Part shown: positions 13,345 through 23,800 of the stretch, one piece after another | How the letters are laid out: the number at the start of each line of letters is the position of its first letter | Position numbering within the stretch: the first letter of the stretch is position 1 | DNA from: Prorocentrum cordatum | Lineage: Eukaryota | Assembly (NCBI GenBank): GCA_963575745.1 | Contig: CAUYUJ010000030.1 | Coordinates: 62,001-119,412, forward strand | DNA length: 57,412 bases | Reading direction: 5' to 3' | Notes under the pieces: model-generated | Database searches by the model: none | Told to the model about the DNA's origin: nothing | Seen by the model: only the letters and a program-made list of their open reading frames with translations | Made by a program: the position numbers and the translations under genes

Positions 13345-14130
13345 AGAGCACGACGAGGAGGAGGACGAGCAAGACCAGGAGGACGAGGACGAGCAGGAGC
13401 AGGACGAGGAGCAGGAGGAGCAGGAGAAGAAGGACGAGCAGGAGGAGGAGGAGGACGAGCAGGAGGAGGAGGACGACCAGGAGGAGGAGGACGACCAGGA
13501 AGAGGAGGAGGAGGAGGAGGAGGAGGGGAGGGGGAGGAGTACCAGGAGGAGGAGGAGGAGGAGGAGGAGGAGGAGGAGGAGGAGGAGGAGGAGAGGAGGA
13601 GGAGGAGGAGGAGGACGAGGACGAGGAGGAGGAGGAGGAGGGGGGGGGAGAGTACCAGGAGGAGGAGAACGAGGACCACCAGGAGGAGGAGGAGGAGGAG
13701 GAGGAGGAGGAGGAGGAGGAGGAGGAGAGAACACCAGGAGGAGGAGGACGAGCAAGACGAGGAGGACGAGAACGAGGACGACCAGGAAGAGGAGGAGGAG
13801 GAGGAGGAGGGGAGGGGGAGGACTACCAGGAGGAGGAGGAGGAGGAGGAGGAGGAGGAGGAGGAGAGGAGGAGGAGGACGAGGAGGAGGAGGAGGAGGAC
13901 GAGGAGGAGGAGGGGGGGGGAGAGCACCAGGAGGAGGAGAACGAGGACCACCAGGAGGAGGAGGAGGAGGAGGAGGAGGAGGAGGAGGAGGAGGAGGAGG
14001 AGGAGCACCAGGAGGAGGAGGACGAGCAAGACGAGGAGGACGAGAACGAGGACGAGCAGGAGGAAGAGGAGGAGGAGGAGGAGGAGGAGGAGGAGGAGGA
14101 GCAGGAGAAAGAGGAGGAGAGGAGGAGGCA
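13345..14130. repeat. (GGA/GAG)n trinucleotide tract
   Basis: Read directly from the sequence. Confidence 0.92.
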
Positions 14131-14558
14131 GGCTGAGGCTGAGGCTGTGACTGCGACTGCCGTTGCCGCTGCGACTGTCATCGCGAATGCGACTACGACT
14201 GCGAGAACAGCAGAATTCGACAACTGGATTTTCATCTGAATCTTAAGGGGAATGCTTTCAGATATGCTTCTACACATCGCGGAGGGCCGGATGCAACAGT
14301 CACACACTTCGTGCTCTTCGAGTTCCCAGAACTCCATTCCTGGGCCACATTTTGGATGCCCGGAGCCAACTCTAGTCCACTTCCTGGTCTTCGAGTTCCC
14401 AGAACTCCATTCCCGGGCCACATTTTGAATAGCCAGACGCTTCATAATCCTTCCGCCACAGCCGTGTTTGGTTCAGGACTTGCTAGTGACACTGCAGTCC
14501 ACTGCATTCAATCGTGCCACTGCATTCATTCACTGCAGTCCACTGAGTTTCGATTGCA

Positions 14559-16751
14559 ATGGCGTTCCCCTGGCCGTACCCCCATGTCCAACGTTCATCC
14601 GCAGCCTCTGCTCCGCGAGGCTCGTCCGAAGTGTCGCCGCCTCGCGGTGCTTCTCAGCCTGCGCCGCCTCGCGGTGCTTCTCAGCCTGCGGAGGAAGGTG
14701 GACAGACGCCTGGTTCTGGCGCTGTGCAGCCTGCGTCTTTCACGGTCGCCTCGTTCAATTTCGGGTTCGAGCAGGGCATGATGACTGGTAAGCAGGCGGC
14801 CACTCACTGCGCTAACTTCGGAAGGGTGTGCGCCACGATAGTGGAGACCGCTGATGCTGATATGGTCTGTGGCTGCGAGGTCGGTGCGTTCCGTGAAGGC
14901 TTTCGCCGAGCAGGGATCAACGTGACAGAGATCCTCAGTAAGCCTTTCGGTGATGGCATTCGCTTCTCGGAGGTCGACAACTACTTGACTCTCTGGGGGT
15001 TCCGCGGTGCTTCTCAGCCTGCGGAACTGACTCTGTGCGAAGACAGCAAAGTTTACAGGCCTCCTAGCGGCCGAGAGATTGATGCTGTTATTTCACATTT
15101 TGAGGTGAACAAACCAGGCCATGACAAGTTCCACGTGGTGATCGCCAACATGCACATCGTGTGCGGCAAGAAACCGCCGACCATCCAGACTCGAAAGCGG
15201 ACAGTTCGCCATCTCCGCTTGCACCTGGACTGCATGGCTCAGATTCTCAATGCTTCGGAGCCGCACGTGCCAGTCGTTCTGCTTGTAGTCGGCGACGACA
15301 ACCTGACTTTCCAGGAGGCGCGGGAGGCTTACCAGCGCCAGCAGAACGACGAGAAGCTCTGGGAGGTCCATGCCACTCCGGCCGACCTCAAAGGCGACCA
15401 CGTCGCGGTCTGCGGAGCAGTCGCCCGTTTCTGCTCCATTGCCGTTGGCGCGTCTTTTACGGATCGTGGCATGCGCAACGACGCACACGATGCGGTGGCG
15501 GTTGTGCTCACTCTCCCTGGTGCTATTCAGCCTGGGGAGAGCAAGAGGCGGAAGATTGTCGTCGAAAACGTCTCCGACGCCGACGTCAGCGTACAGGCGG
15601 ACGCCGAGTCTTCTGTGCATTGGGATCGGTCGCCGAGTTCTACTCCTCCGCTTTCACCGACTTCACCGGGTGATCCCGACTACGTCGAGGATGTCGTTCA
15701 GAATCGCGCGAACGACTTGCACAGGGAGCTGAGGCAGCTTTGGGACGAAAGGTACGACGAGGAGTACGATCCGAAAGTCCTCCATCATCTCAGTCTCTTG
15801 CTTTTCAAAAAGAGGAAGTCCACGGAGCCAGCGGACACTGATCCAGCTGGCGCTCCTCAGCCTGGCTCGGAATATGACGCGGCCTTTGCGTCTCAGGAGG
15901 AGACTGGCCGAGCCATTCTCTCTGTCCTTAAGCTTCGACATGACTTTCTGCGGAGCAAGAACATCGACGACATGCGCTACGTTCTCACGGAGCCTGAGCG
16001 CCAGGAATTGGTCAGAGTAGCTCGCGACCAGTACGAGCAGTCGCGGCAGCAGCGTGCGCTTCAGGAACGGGATGTCGAAAAGGGAAAAGCGAGAGGCAAG
16101 TCTGCGCCACAAGGGGGCCATGCGGTTCCGCAGGGTCCTAACAAAGGGCCAGGCGGTAAGAAAGGTTCTCACGGTGCTTCTCAGCCTGCGGGAAAAGGTG
16201 GCCAGGCCAAGGGTGCAGGTCTGGGTAGCGTCGCCAAGTTTGTGAAAGACCAGAAGCGTAAGCGGTGGCATCGCCATTTGCAACGTGTGGCCGGTACCAA
16301 ACAGATCTGGGAGGTGCTGGCCTTCTCAGGGCGCTTCGACGTTGATTGGCTAACGCAAGCGTTGCAAGCTGATCACAGTGAGGGCCGTGATGCAGCAGTT
16401 CCCGAGGAAGCTCTGCGGCAACAGCGGCGCCGGCTGCACCACCAGAAGGCCGAGGCCATCGCGCGCTACAACGAGGGGGAGCGGCTTTCCCGCCATCTGT
16501 CTGCCCAGGCTGGCCAGCCAAAGCCGAACTTCACGCGCAGGCAGCTGGACGTGTTGCAGATGTTTGAGAGCGGAGAGCTGCTTCAAATCCGCAACCAAGC
16601 GATTCTGGCGTTGGGGCACGGCCGTCTGTTCAGGGCCGATGGCGACTACCTGGACATCGGCGGCAGCACGGGCGGTGGCTCCAGGCGCATCATCGATTCT
16701 TGGCAGCCGCCGGACTGGCGTGACTTCCTCCAAGACGATCAGGACATCTGA
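14559..16751 (+). CDS. 730-aa protein with an N-terminal EEP/APE-like endonuclease domain (~14736-15515) and an uncharacterised C-terminal region
   Basis: Uninterrupted ATG-to-TGA ORF with ordinary protein composition. EEP-like motifs occur in the expected order: TVASFN, ADMVCGCE, IANMH, VVGDDN (GDxN), GDHVAV and NDAHDAV (SDH-like). Confidence 0.75.
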   Translation: MAFPWPYPHVQRSSAASAPRGSSEVSPPRGASQPAPPRGASQPAEEGGQTPGSGAVQPASFTVASFNFGFEQGMMTGKQAATHCANFGRVCATIVETADADMVCGCEVGAFREGFRRAGINVTEILSKPFGDGIRFSEVDNYLTLWGFRGASQPAELTLCEDSKVYRPPSGREIDAVISHFEVNKPGHDKFHVVIANMHIVCGKKPPTIQTRKRTVRHLRLHLDCMAQILNASEPHVPVVLLVVGDDNLTFQEAREAYQRQQNDEKLWEVHATPADLKGDHVAVCGAVARFCSIAVGASFTDRGMRNDAHDAVAVVLTLPGAIQPGESKRRKIVVENVSDADVSVQADAESSVHWDRSPSSTPPLSPTSPGDPDYVEDVVQNRANDLHRELRQLWDERYDEEYDPKVLHHLSLLLFKKRKSTEPADTDPAGAPQPGSEYDAAFASQEETGRAILSVLKLRHDFLRSKNIDDMRYVLTEPERQELVRVARDQYEQSRQQRALQERDVEKGKARGKSAPQGGHAVPQGPNKGPGGKKGSHGASQPAGKGGQAKGAGLGSVAKFVKDQKRKRWHRHLQRVAGTKQIWEVLAFSGRFDVDWLTQALQADHSEGRDAAVPEEALRQQRRRLHHQKAEAIARYNEGERLSRHLSAQAGQPKPNFTRRQLDVLQMFESGELLQIRNQAILALGHGRLFRADGDYLDIGGSTGGGSRRIIDSWQPPDWRDFLQDDQDI

Positions 16752-16867
16752 GTTTTGCAAGTCTCCCTGCCCGCGGTGCTTCTCAGCCTGCGGTCTGCCG
16801 CTCTCCAGCTGCGGTCTCGAGCAGTAGTGTTCGAAAGCATGCGAGTTCCTGCGGTGCTTCTCAGCCT

Positions 16868-17681
16868 CTTGGGGCCTCTTGGGGGCCTCTTGGGGCCTCT
16901 TGGGGCCTCTTGGGGGCCTCTTGGGGGCCTCTTGGGGGCCTCTTGGGGCCGCTTGGGGGCCTCTTGGGGGCCTCTTGGAGGCCTCTTGGGAGCCTCCTGG
17001 GGGCCTCTTGGGGCCATCTTGGGGCCTCTTGCGACCTCCTCAAAAGCGCAAATGAGAGCTGCCCCCTGAGAAGGACAAAATGAGCCGAAAACCTTCGTAA
17101 AATCAATGATTTTGCTGTGAAGGAAGATGAGCGCGGCCCCCTCAGGACGGCAAAATGGGACCAAAACCGTAGTACAATCAATGATTCTGGCTTTAAAGAA
17201 GAGGAGGGGGACCAGACGGTGCCCCCCCGTCGGGGCCAGAATCCTCGTGAGGGTCGGGTTTTTTTTAGCCCTCCCAGGAGTCGAAAAAGACCCCTCGAAC
17301 GACCCGCGGGGCGCCCTCTCCAGGCCCAGGGGGAGGGGGTAGGGGGAGGGGTAAACCCCTCCCCGAAGGGGAAGAAGGGGGGTTGAGAACAGAGCGGGCT
17401 CCCTAAACCACTCACGCCCAAAGGGCTGGTGGGATTGATAAGGAGCAGTGATCAAACCCGAAGGGCGGCCGTAAGCCCTCGCGTTCCGCCCTCCCACCAC
17501 ATGATTAAAAGCCGAGTACCACCAGCCCTTGGAGGGCCTCTTGGAGCCTCGTGGGGCCTCTTGGGGGCCTCTTGGGGGCCTCTTGGGGGCCTCTTGGGGG
17601 CCTCTTGGGGCCTCTTGGGGCCTCTTGGGGGCCTCTTGGGGGCCTCTTGGGGGCCTCTTGGGGCCGCTTGGGGGGCCTCTT
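16868..17681. repeat. Insertion of CTCTTGGGG(G)C tandem repeats flanking a complex core that contains a hairpin
   Basis: Arrays of 10-11-nt units at 16866-17030 and 17530-17681. Perfect hairpin GGGGAGGGG-TAAA-CCCCTCCCC at 17343-17364. The block begins inside a 19-nt motif copy. Confidence 0.75.
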
Positions 17682-17947
17682 GCCCTGACTCTTACTCCGA
17701 CTCGTGCAGTTCGCCTTACTCTTACTCTGACTCTTACTCTCACCGTTACTCTTGCTCTGACTCTTCCTCCTCCTCCTCTTCCCTTCTTCCTCGTCCCCCT
17801 TGATCTCGCCTCCCAGCTAGGAGCTCTGGTGTTTCCTCGGTCGTGCTTCGTTTTCTTTTGGTCGTGTAGCGTTCCTGACAGTCCAAGACCAGCTCGTCGT
17901 CGCCAGTCGCCAGTCGCCTGTCGACCGCCCTCCAGACGCTGTCTCAG

Positions 17948-18271
17948 ATGATGTGGCTCGCCGTGGATGGTCCGTCTGGGCATGGGCGTACGGTGCCGAC
18001 GCTCGACCATGCGGACCTCGTCCTGGCTCAGAACCACCGCATCGCAGGTCCTTCGGAGGTCAATTGTTATGAGTTCGGCACGGTCTCGGTCAAGTACAGC
18101 GTGCTGTGGGGATCCCGAGATGGGGCCTGGCTCAAGGTGCTCAAGACGTACTGGAGTGTCCCAGAGCCGGAGTGCCAGCTGATCCTCGGGAGTTGGAACG
18201 GCATTTTCAGGCCGTGGCCGGACACGTTCTGGATCAGGACGGGGGGGTCCGAGCCCGAGATGGAGTGCTAG
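17948..18271 (+). CDS. Hypothetical 107-aa Trp-rich protein (possible second cargo ORF or gene fragment)
   Basis: Non-repetitive ORF with many G/C-ending codons, on the same strand as the EEP ORF and followed by the same 19-nt motif. No family recognised. Confidence 0.4.
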   Translation: MMWLAVDGPSGHGRTVPTLDHADLVLAQNHRIAGPSEVNCYEFGTVSVKYSVLWGSRDGAWLKVLKTYWSVPEPECQLILGSWNGIFRPWPDTFWIRTGGSEPEMEC

Positions 18272-18728
18272 CGCTCTGCAGTACAAGTGCTTTTCAGCAT
18301 GCGACATCCTGCGGTGCTTCTCAGCCTGCAGGGTTCGCAGCGTGCGGTTTGCAATGCATTCCTTTTCAGTATGCGAGTTCCTGCGGTGTTTCTCAGGTTG
18401 CAGGGCTCCGAGGCTCTTCGCTTCGATGCCAATGTTTTCAGACACCGTAGCTCCGTTCCGTAAACATCTTCCAAGAGCCGCTCGCAACCTTTTGCAGCTG
18501 GCGGTCTGCAGACGTAGTCTGTCTCAGCATGCGAGCTCCCGCACGCTTCGCCGGCTTTTGCTGCGCGGACAATTTTCTCACACACGTCAGCGCCGTTTGT
18601 AGGCGTCAGAAAAACATGTAGACATTCACGAAGGGCTCAGTCTGTATATCGTCACATCATTACATACGCAGTCGTCGAACACATCGGTGTACATTCAGCG
18701 CTTTGTCCTTCTAGCTGGGTCGCTTCGT

Positions 18729-19046
18729 GCTGAGGCTGAGGCTGATGCAGGCTGAGGCTGAGGCAGGCTGAGGCTGAGGCCGAGGCCGACGGCAGACTGA
18801 GGCTGAGGCTGAAGCAGGCTGAGGCTGAGGCAGAGGCAGGCTGAGGCTGAGGCTGAGGCAGGCTGATGCTGAGGCAGGCTGAGGCTGAGGCTGAGGCTGA
18901 TGCAGGCTGAGGCTGAGGCAGGCTGAGGCTGAGGCCGAGGCTGAAGGCAGACTGAGCTGAGGCTGAAGCAGGCTGAGGCTGAGGCTGAGGCAGGCTGAGG
19001 CTGAGGCAGGCTGAGGCTGAGGCTGAGGCAGGCTGAGGCTGAGGCT
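18729..19046 (+). repeat. (GAGGCT)n / GAGGCAGGCT microsatellite
   Basis: Read directly. The same block is at 44925-46113 and a short one at 14124-14146. Confidence 0.95.
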
Positions 19047-19563
19047 GTGACTGCGACTGCCGTTGCCACTGCGACTGTCATCGCGAATGCGACTACGACT
19101 GCGAGAACAGCAGAATTCTACAACTGGATTCTCATCCGAATCTTAAGGGGAATGCTTCCAGATATGCTCCTACACATGGCTGTTAGGTTGCTTTGCCGGG
19201 ATAATTTTTCATGCGCCAAACGCGGGGGGGAGAAAAACAAAAAGATCGCAAAATGGACGCGCTGGGGCACGCCACTTTACGCGAAGTGCGTCCCGGATAT
19301 GACTTTGCACACTAAACTTGCCACCGCCCGATCGTTACGCGGGGTCCCTGGGCAACGGGACGTGCGTCCCGTATATGAATTTACACAGCGAGCCTGAGCC
19401 CGCCCGCATCCAATAATTAAGTATTTTCGCCAGACGTCGAACATTTGCCGCCATAAACGGATTTCCCATGTGAGCCCGCCCCCGCCCAATAGGGAGTTGC
19501 GTCCAACAACGACGGGCGGCTTCTGGGCCCCAGGCGCAGCCGTTATTGCCAAGAGCGGTGGCG

Positions 19564-19596
<33 letters not shown>

Positions 19597-19606
19597 CGCG
19601 GCGACG

Positions 19607-19643
<37 letters not shown>

Positions 19644-20011
19644 GGATCACAGCGACCACGGCGACTGCGACGAAACCGACATGCGTTCTCGCCTCATCGC
19701 CGGCCACTGCTTAGCTCTCGCTCTTCTGCGTAGACATCATCAGCATCCTCAGTCGCCTCCTCCTTCTAATCCTCCTGCTCCTCCACCCTCCTCGTTTTCC
19801 TCCTCCTTCGCATCGCCATGTTTTTTTCCCTCGCGTTCCCTCCCTTGCCCTCCCAGGGGGGCCACGACAGCGCGGCTGCCGTCTGGGTACCATTGCACTT
19901 ATTAAGGATCGCGCGCTTCCCATTCCATCCGCCCGAACGGCAAAGGTTGCCGACGCTATAGGGCAATTGCCACCAGTGCGATTGGGACGCACCCAAACAG
20001 GTTCGACATCC

Positions 20012-20795
20012 ACACAGCCGGGAAAAAGTTATAACACGATCAACAATATGATCGTCTTGAACGATCTGCAGACGGCAGCGCCCAAAGAGGATCATTAAAA
20101 GACATGCTCCTTTCAATGTTGGCAGCGTGCGCAAGCGCGCACCACGGGCCAGGTCATTGATATGCCATGCTTTGGCTTGCGCGCCCGGTGGCGACATTCG
20201 GAGGCGGGCGCTCTTTACCCGGCTGCTCTTCCAAGTTTGTCCTTCACAGGGCCGCTGGCGCGGGCGGTTCCACGTTCTGCCGTGCGAGCGACTGCGTTCC
20301 CACAATCGGATGGCCAACGTGCTCCGCGCAATGCAGACGAGACGCTCCTCCGTAACATTGGCACGCGGATGTCGCTTCATGCGACGGGCCCCGCCTGGTA
20401 TTATTCAACATCGTTTCGGTTTCCATCCCTGTGCCACTTCTGTTATACACTTTTTTCACGGGGATGGGTAGTTTTGCCTAGGTGTTGGGTTTCCGCGCGA
20501 TTCCCTCTCGTCTATTAGCGTGCCGCCCTGTGGGTCCTGTGAAACGTGTGAGACTTGTGCCCCTGTGTGACTTGTGCGACTTGTGGGACCTGCGAGACGC
20601 GCGGGACCTGGTCGACTTGCGGGACCAATGGGCCTCGCAGGACCTGTGCGACCTGTGCGACCTGGGAAACTTGTGGGAACTGTGGGGCCTGTAAGACCTG
20701 CGGGGCCTGCGCGAAACGTCGGCCTCGTTAGGACCTGCGAAACCTGCGGGGCCTGTAGGGCCTGCGGGGGCCGCGGGGTCTGGGGGACCTGTGGT
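20012..20795. repeat. Dispersed repeat, copy 2 (has ~133 bp extra at 20196-20328)
   Basis: Homologous to 11618-12368. Confidence 0.85.
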
Positions 20796-20829
20796 GCGTG
20801 TGGTGTGTGCGCGTGTATTATCAGGGCAC

Positions 20830-23800
20830 TCGATGTTGAAACCCATGCGAACTTCAAGGTTTTCGAAAAATTGTACCATGCGCGCGACGACGCGCGCGCG
20901 TGCACTTCGTCTCACGTGTTGCGACAGAGGGTTGTGAAAACTGATGGTTGTTGATCAACGAATGCGCGCGCATAAATCCTTTGCAGACGATGAGGGGGAC
21001 GGGGGGGGGGGGCAAACTCAGGCCTGACTGGGGACAGGGGTGGTACGTACGAACTCCTAATTCGGATGGACGATGGCGCAGAATCACATGTAAACTGCAC
21101 ATCCCCAGGGGGTACCAATAATTCTGGCCTCGGGAGGGAAGTGGATCCTAATTTTTGTTTCTAAACAAAAAGGACAACCGACGTGGTGCAGTTTATGCTG
21201 TGCAATTAATTGCTGTTCGCAGTGAGTTGGCAGCACCACTGGACGGCTCGCGCAATCATCCCACCCACACACCCGCAAGTTGATCTGCAAAACTCATGCG
21301 GAAGCGATTGCGATGAGTGCTTGGTGTTGGCTGGTGCATCTCCGCGGCCGCGCTAGCCTGCGCACGCTCGCGCGCGCAGCGGCCAGCTGGTTTAGCGCGA
21401 CCGACGCGAAAGCGGTGGCGCTGACCGCTCAGCACATCCCAGCGTGCACTTCAGTGCGAGTCGGCGCCTTGGGCGGGCGCGGTATCATGGCAACGTCGAC
21501 GATGGTGGACTCGATGCTAATAGTAGCGATGCTGGCGACGATGCTGACTGCGACGACGGGGCAGCCAATGACGGCGGCGATGCTGATCACGCCGACGACG
21601 ATGACGGCGTCTTCGCGTCAGTGATGAAGGTCTTGGAAGGAGTTCGACATTCGCGAGCGGCAGACGCGCGAGAGTGGCCCGCATGGTATTGTTTGACACG
21701 GATCGTGCGACCCAAGCACGCGCGCAAGGGCGTTCGAACGATTTCGACATGCACAAGCGAAGCCCGCGTTTGGTAGCATGTTATGAAACTGTTGAACAAA
21801 AAAAAGCAGGGTTGTCTTAAGAATTCGCAGGAACGCACGCACACTTGTGTTGAACATCCGCGTTGCGAAACCATGTTTTTATGTGTTATGGAGACTCTGT
21901 TTGGAATCCTTACGAAACCGGAGGTGTTTGAAAGGTTTCGGCATGCGCGCGCGACGACGCGCGCGCGTTCTTCGTTCCATTTGTTGAAATGGACTCTCGC
22001 GACAGCACGCGCGCAGGGGCGTTATAACGATGTCGACATGCGCGCGCGCGAAGCCCGTTTGGCAGAATGTGCTGAACATGTTGAGAAACCAAAAAGGTTT
22101 CCTTAATAATTCGCAAGAACTTGCGCGCACGCTTTTTTTGAATATCCACCCTGTGTCTTATATGTGTTTTGGACACTCGATTTTGAAATTCTTTCGAAAC
22201 CGGAGGTTTTTGAAGGATTTCGGCATGCGCGCGCGACGACGCGCGCGTGCGCACTTCGTCCCATGTTGTTGCATGGGATTCTTGGCAACTTATGAGTTTT
22301 GATGCACGGGTGCGCGCGCATAGTATTTTTTGCAACGGAACCCAAAAAGGGGTCGATACTTACCGGGCTGGGATAGTGTGAATTTAAAGGTAAGATGGGC
22401 ATTGGGTCAGAATCATGTGTGTTGCATCGGTTCTCCGTGAGTGGATAAGTCTGGGGGGGAGGGTGGTAGAACCTACCTATTTTTAGAAAGGAGAATGTAC
22501 ACGGTGTGCTCAATATGTTGTGCGTTCTATGTTGCGCAATTCACTTTGACTGTCTTGAAGCTGTCCTCTCCACTGCTCGTGCAAACATCCCACCCTCCCA
22601 CCCGCAACTTGGCCGCAAGACCTCTGAAGACCGTGGCGGTAGGTACCAAATGGCACTTGGCAACGACACCGACGCCGACGACGACAGCGACAACGACGAT
22701 GACGACGCCGCCGACACCGACTACGACGACACCGACGACGTCTCCAACGACTTCAACGACGACGACAACGACGCCGACGACGACGACGATGACAACGCCG
22801 ACGATGACGACGCCGACGACGACGACGACGACGACGCCGACGACGACGACGACGACGACGACGCCGCCAACGAAGACGACGACGACGACGACGACGACGA
22901 GGGAGGAGGGAGGACGACGACGGCGACAACGACGACAACGACGAGGATTGAGGACGGCGACGACGCGAACGACGAAGAAGGAGGGACGACGGCGAGGCCG
23001 ACGATGACAACGACGAGGGAGGAGGGAAGACGACGACGACGACGACGACGACGACGGCGACGAAAGAGGAGGGACGAGGACGAGACGCCGACGACGGACG
23101 ACAACGTCGAGGGAAGAGGAAGGACGACCACGGCGACAACGACGACGGAAACGACTCCGACGCCAAAAAGGACGACGACGCCGAGGAAACAGAGGACAAC
23201 AACGACAACGACGACGCGCGCGCTTTTCCTCCCATTTGTGGAAATGGATTCTCGCGACAGCACGCGCGCAGGGGCGTTATAACGATTTCGACATGCGCGC
23301 GCGAGAGGCCCGTATGGTAGCATGTTATGACAACGTGGGACGAAACAACAAAAATGCATGGTTTTCTCAAAAATCCGCAAGAGCGCTGGCGCAGGGTTCC
23401 TTTGAACCATGCGTTTTCTTTTGTGCATGTTTTCGTGACTCTCGATTCTGAAACTTCTACGAACCCTGAAAGTTGTTGAAGGATTTCGGCATGCGCGCGC
23501 GACGACACGCGCATGCGCACTTCGTCCCATGTGTTGGAAGCGATTTTTGGAAACTGCCAATTTGTGATAAGCGAGTGCGCGCAACATATTTTTTGCGGAG
23601 GATGAGGCGAGGGCGATACCGGCCTGGCTGGGACGGTATGACTTCATATGATGGACCTGCGTCGTGTAATTTATGTTGCGCAGGGTCTGTCGCGTAATTT
23701 ACGCGGCCTAGTGACGGGACGGCGACGGCGGCAACAAGCTCGGCGACCGACAAACAGGCCCAAACGACGGGCGGCGACGAGGCGGCGACCGGGCGGCGAC

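Larger units (their letters stand above)
14644..18401 (+). repeat. Dispersed 19-nt motif GCGGTGCTTCTCAGCCTGC
   Basis: Exact or near-exact copies at 14644, 14671, 15004, 16171, 16773, 16851 (truncated) and 18311. Degenerate copies at 14718, 15519, 15849, 18286 and 18383. Confidence 0.9.
12711..19209 (+). mobile_element. Helentron/HINE-like element, family A, long copy carrying an EEP endonuclease ORF
   Basis: 5' end is TTT-ACCTAACAGCGA (12714-12725). 3' end is TGGCTGTTAGGT (19177-19188) followed by TGCTTTGCCGGGATAATTTT. Both ends, the 73-bp satellite and the (GAGGCT)n block are shared with 44223-46275. The Helentron classification is inferred from architecture only. Confidence 0.65.
12420..19385. 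mobile_element. Old element with long (~140-bp) diverged inverted repeats, interrupted by the 12711-19209 element
   Basis: 12420-12560 is the diverged reverse complement of 19245-19385. Shared blocks include GTTGCCC, TAACGATCGGGCGG and GCACTTCGCGYAAAGYGGCGYGCCCC. Confidence 0.6.

Noticed and set aside
13038..14445. Poly-E/G/R/S/P ORFs (also at ~3, 11, 22-23, 38 and 48 kb)
   Set aside because: Trinucleotide microsatellite artefacts.
14644..18401. 19-nt motif as a CRISPR repeat
   Set aside because: Spacing is irregular (27 to >1000 nt) and most copies lie in frame within a protein ORF.
18680..18728. CTAG at 18711 as a canonical Helitron1 3' end of the cargo block
   Set aside because: There is no strong GC hairpin just upstream, no TC 5' start at 14431, and the junction with the microsatellite is 14 nt further on.
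20244..20459. RLHCAEHVGHPIVG as an RluA pseudouridine synthase motif
   Set aside because: The adjacent GRTHQ and catalytic HRLD motifs are absent, and most of the segment is missing from the other copy.
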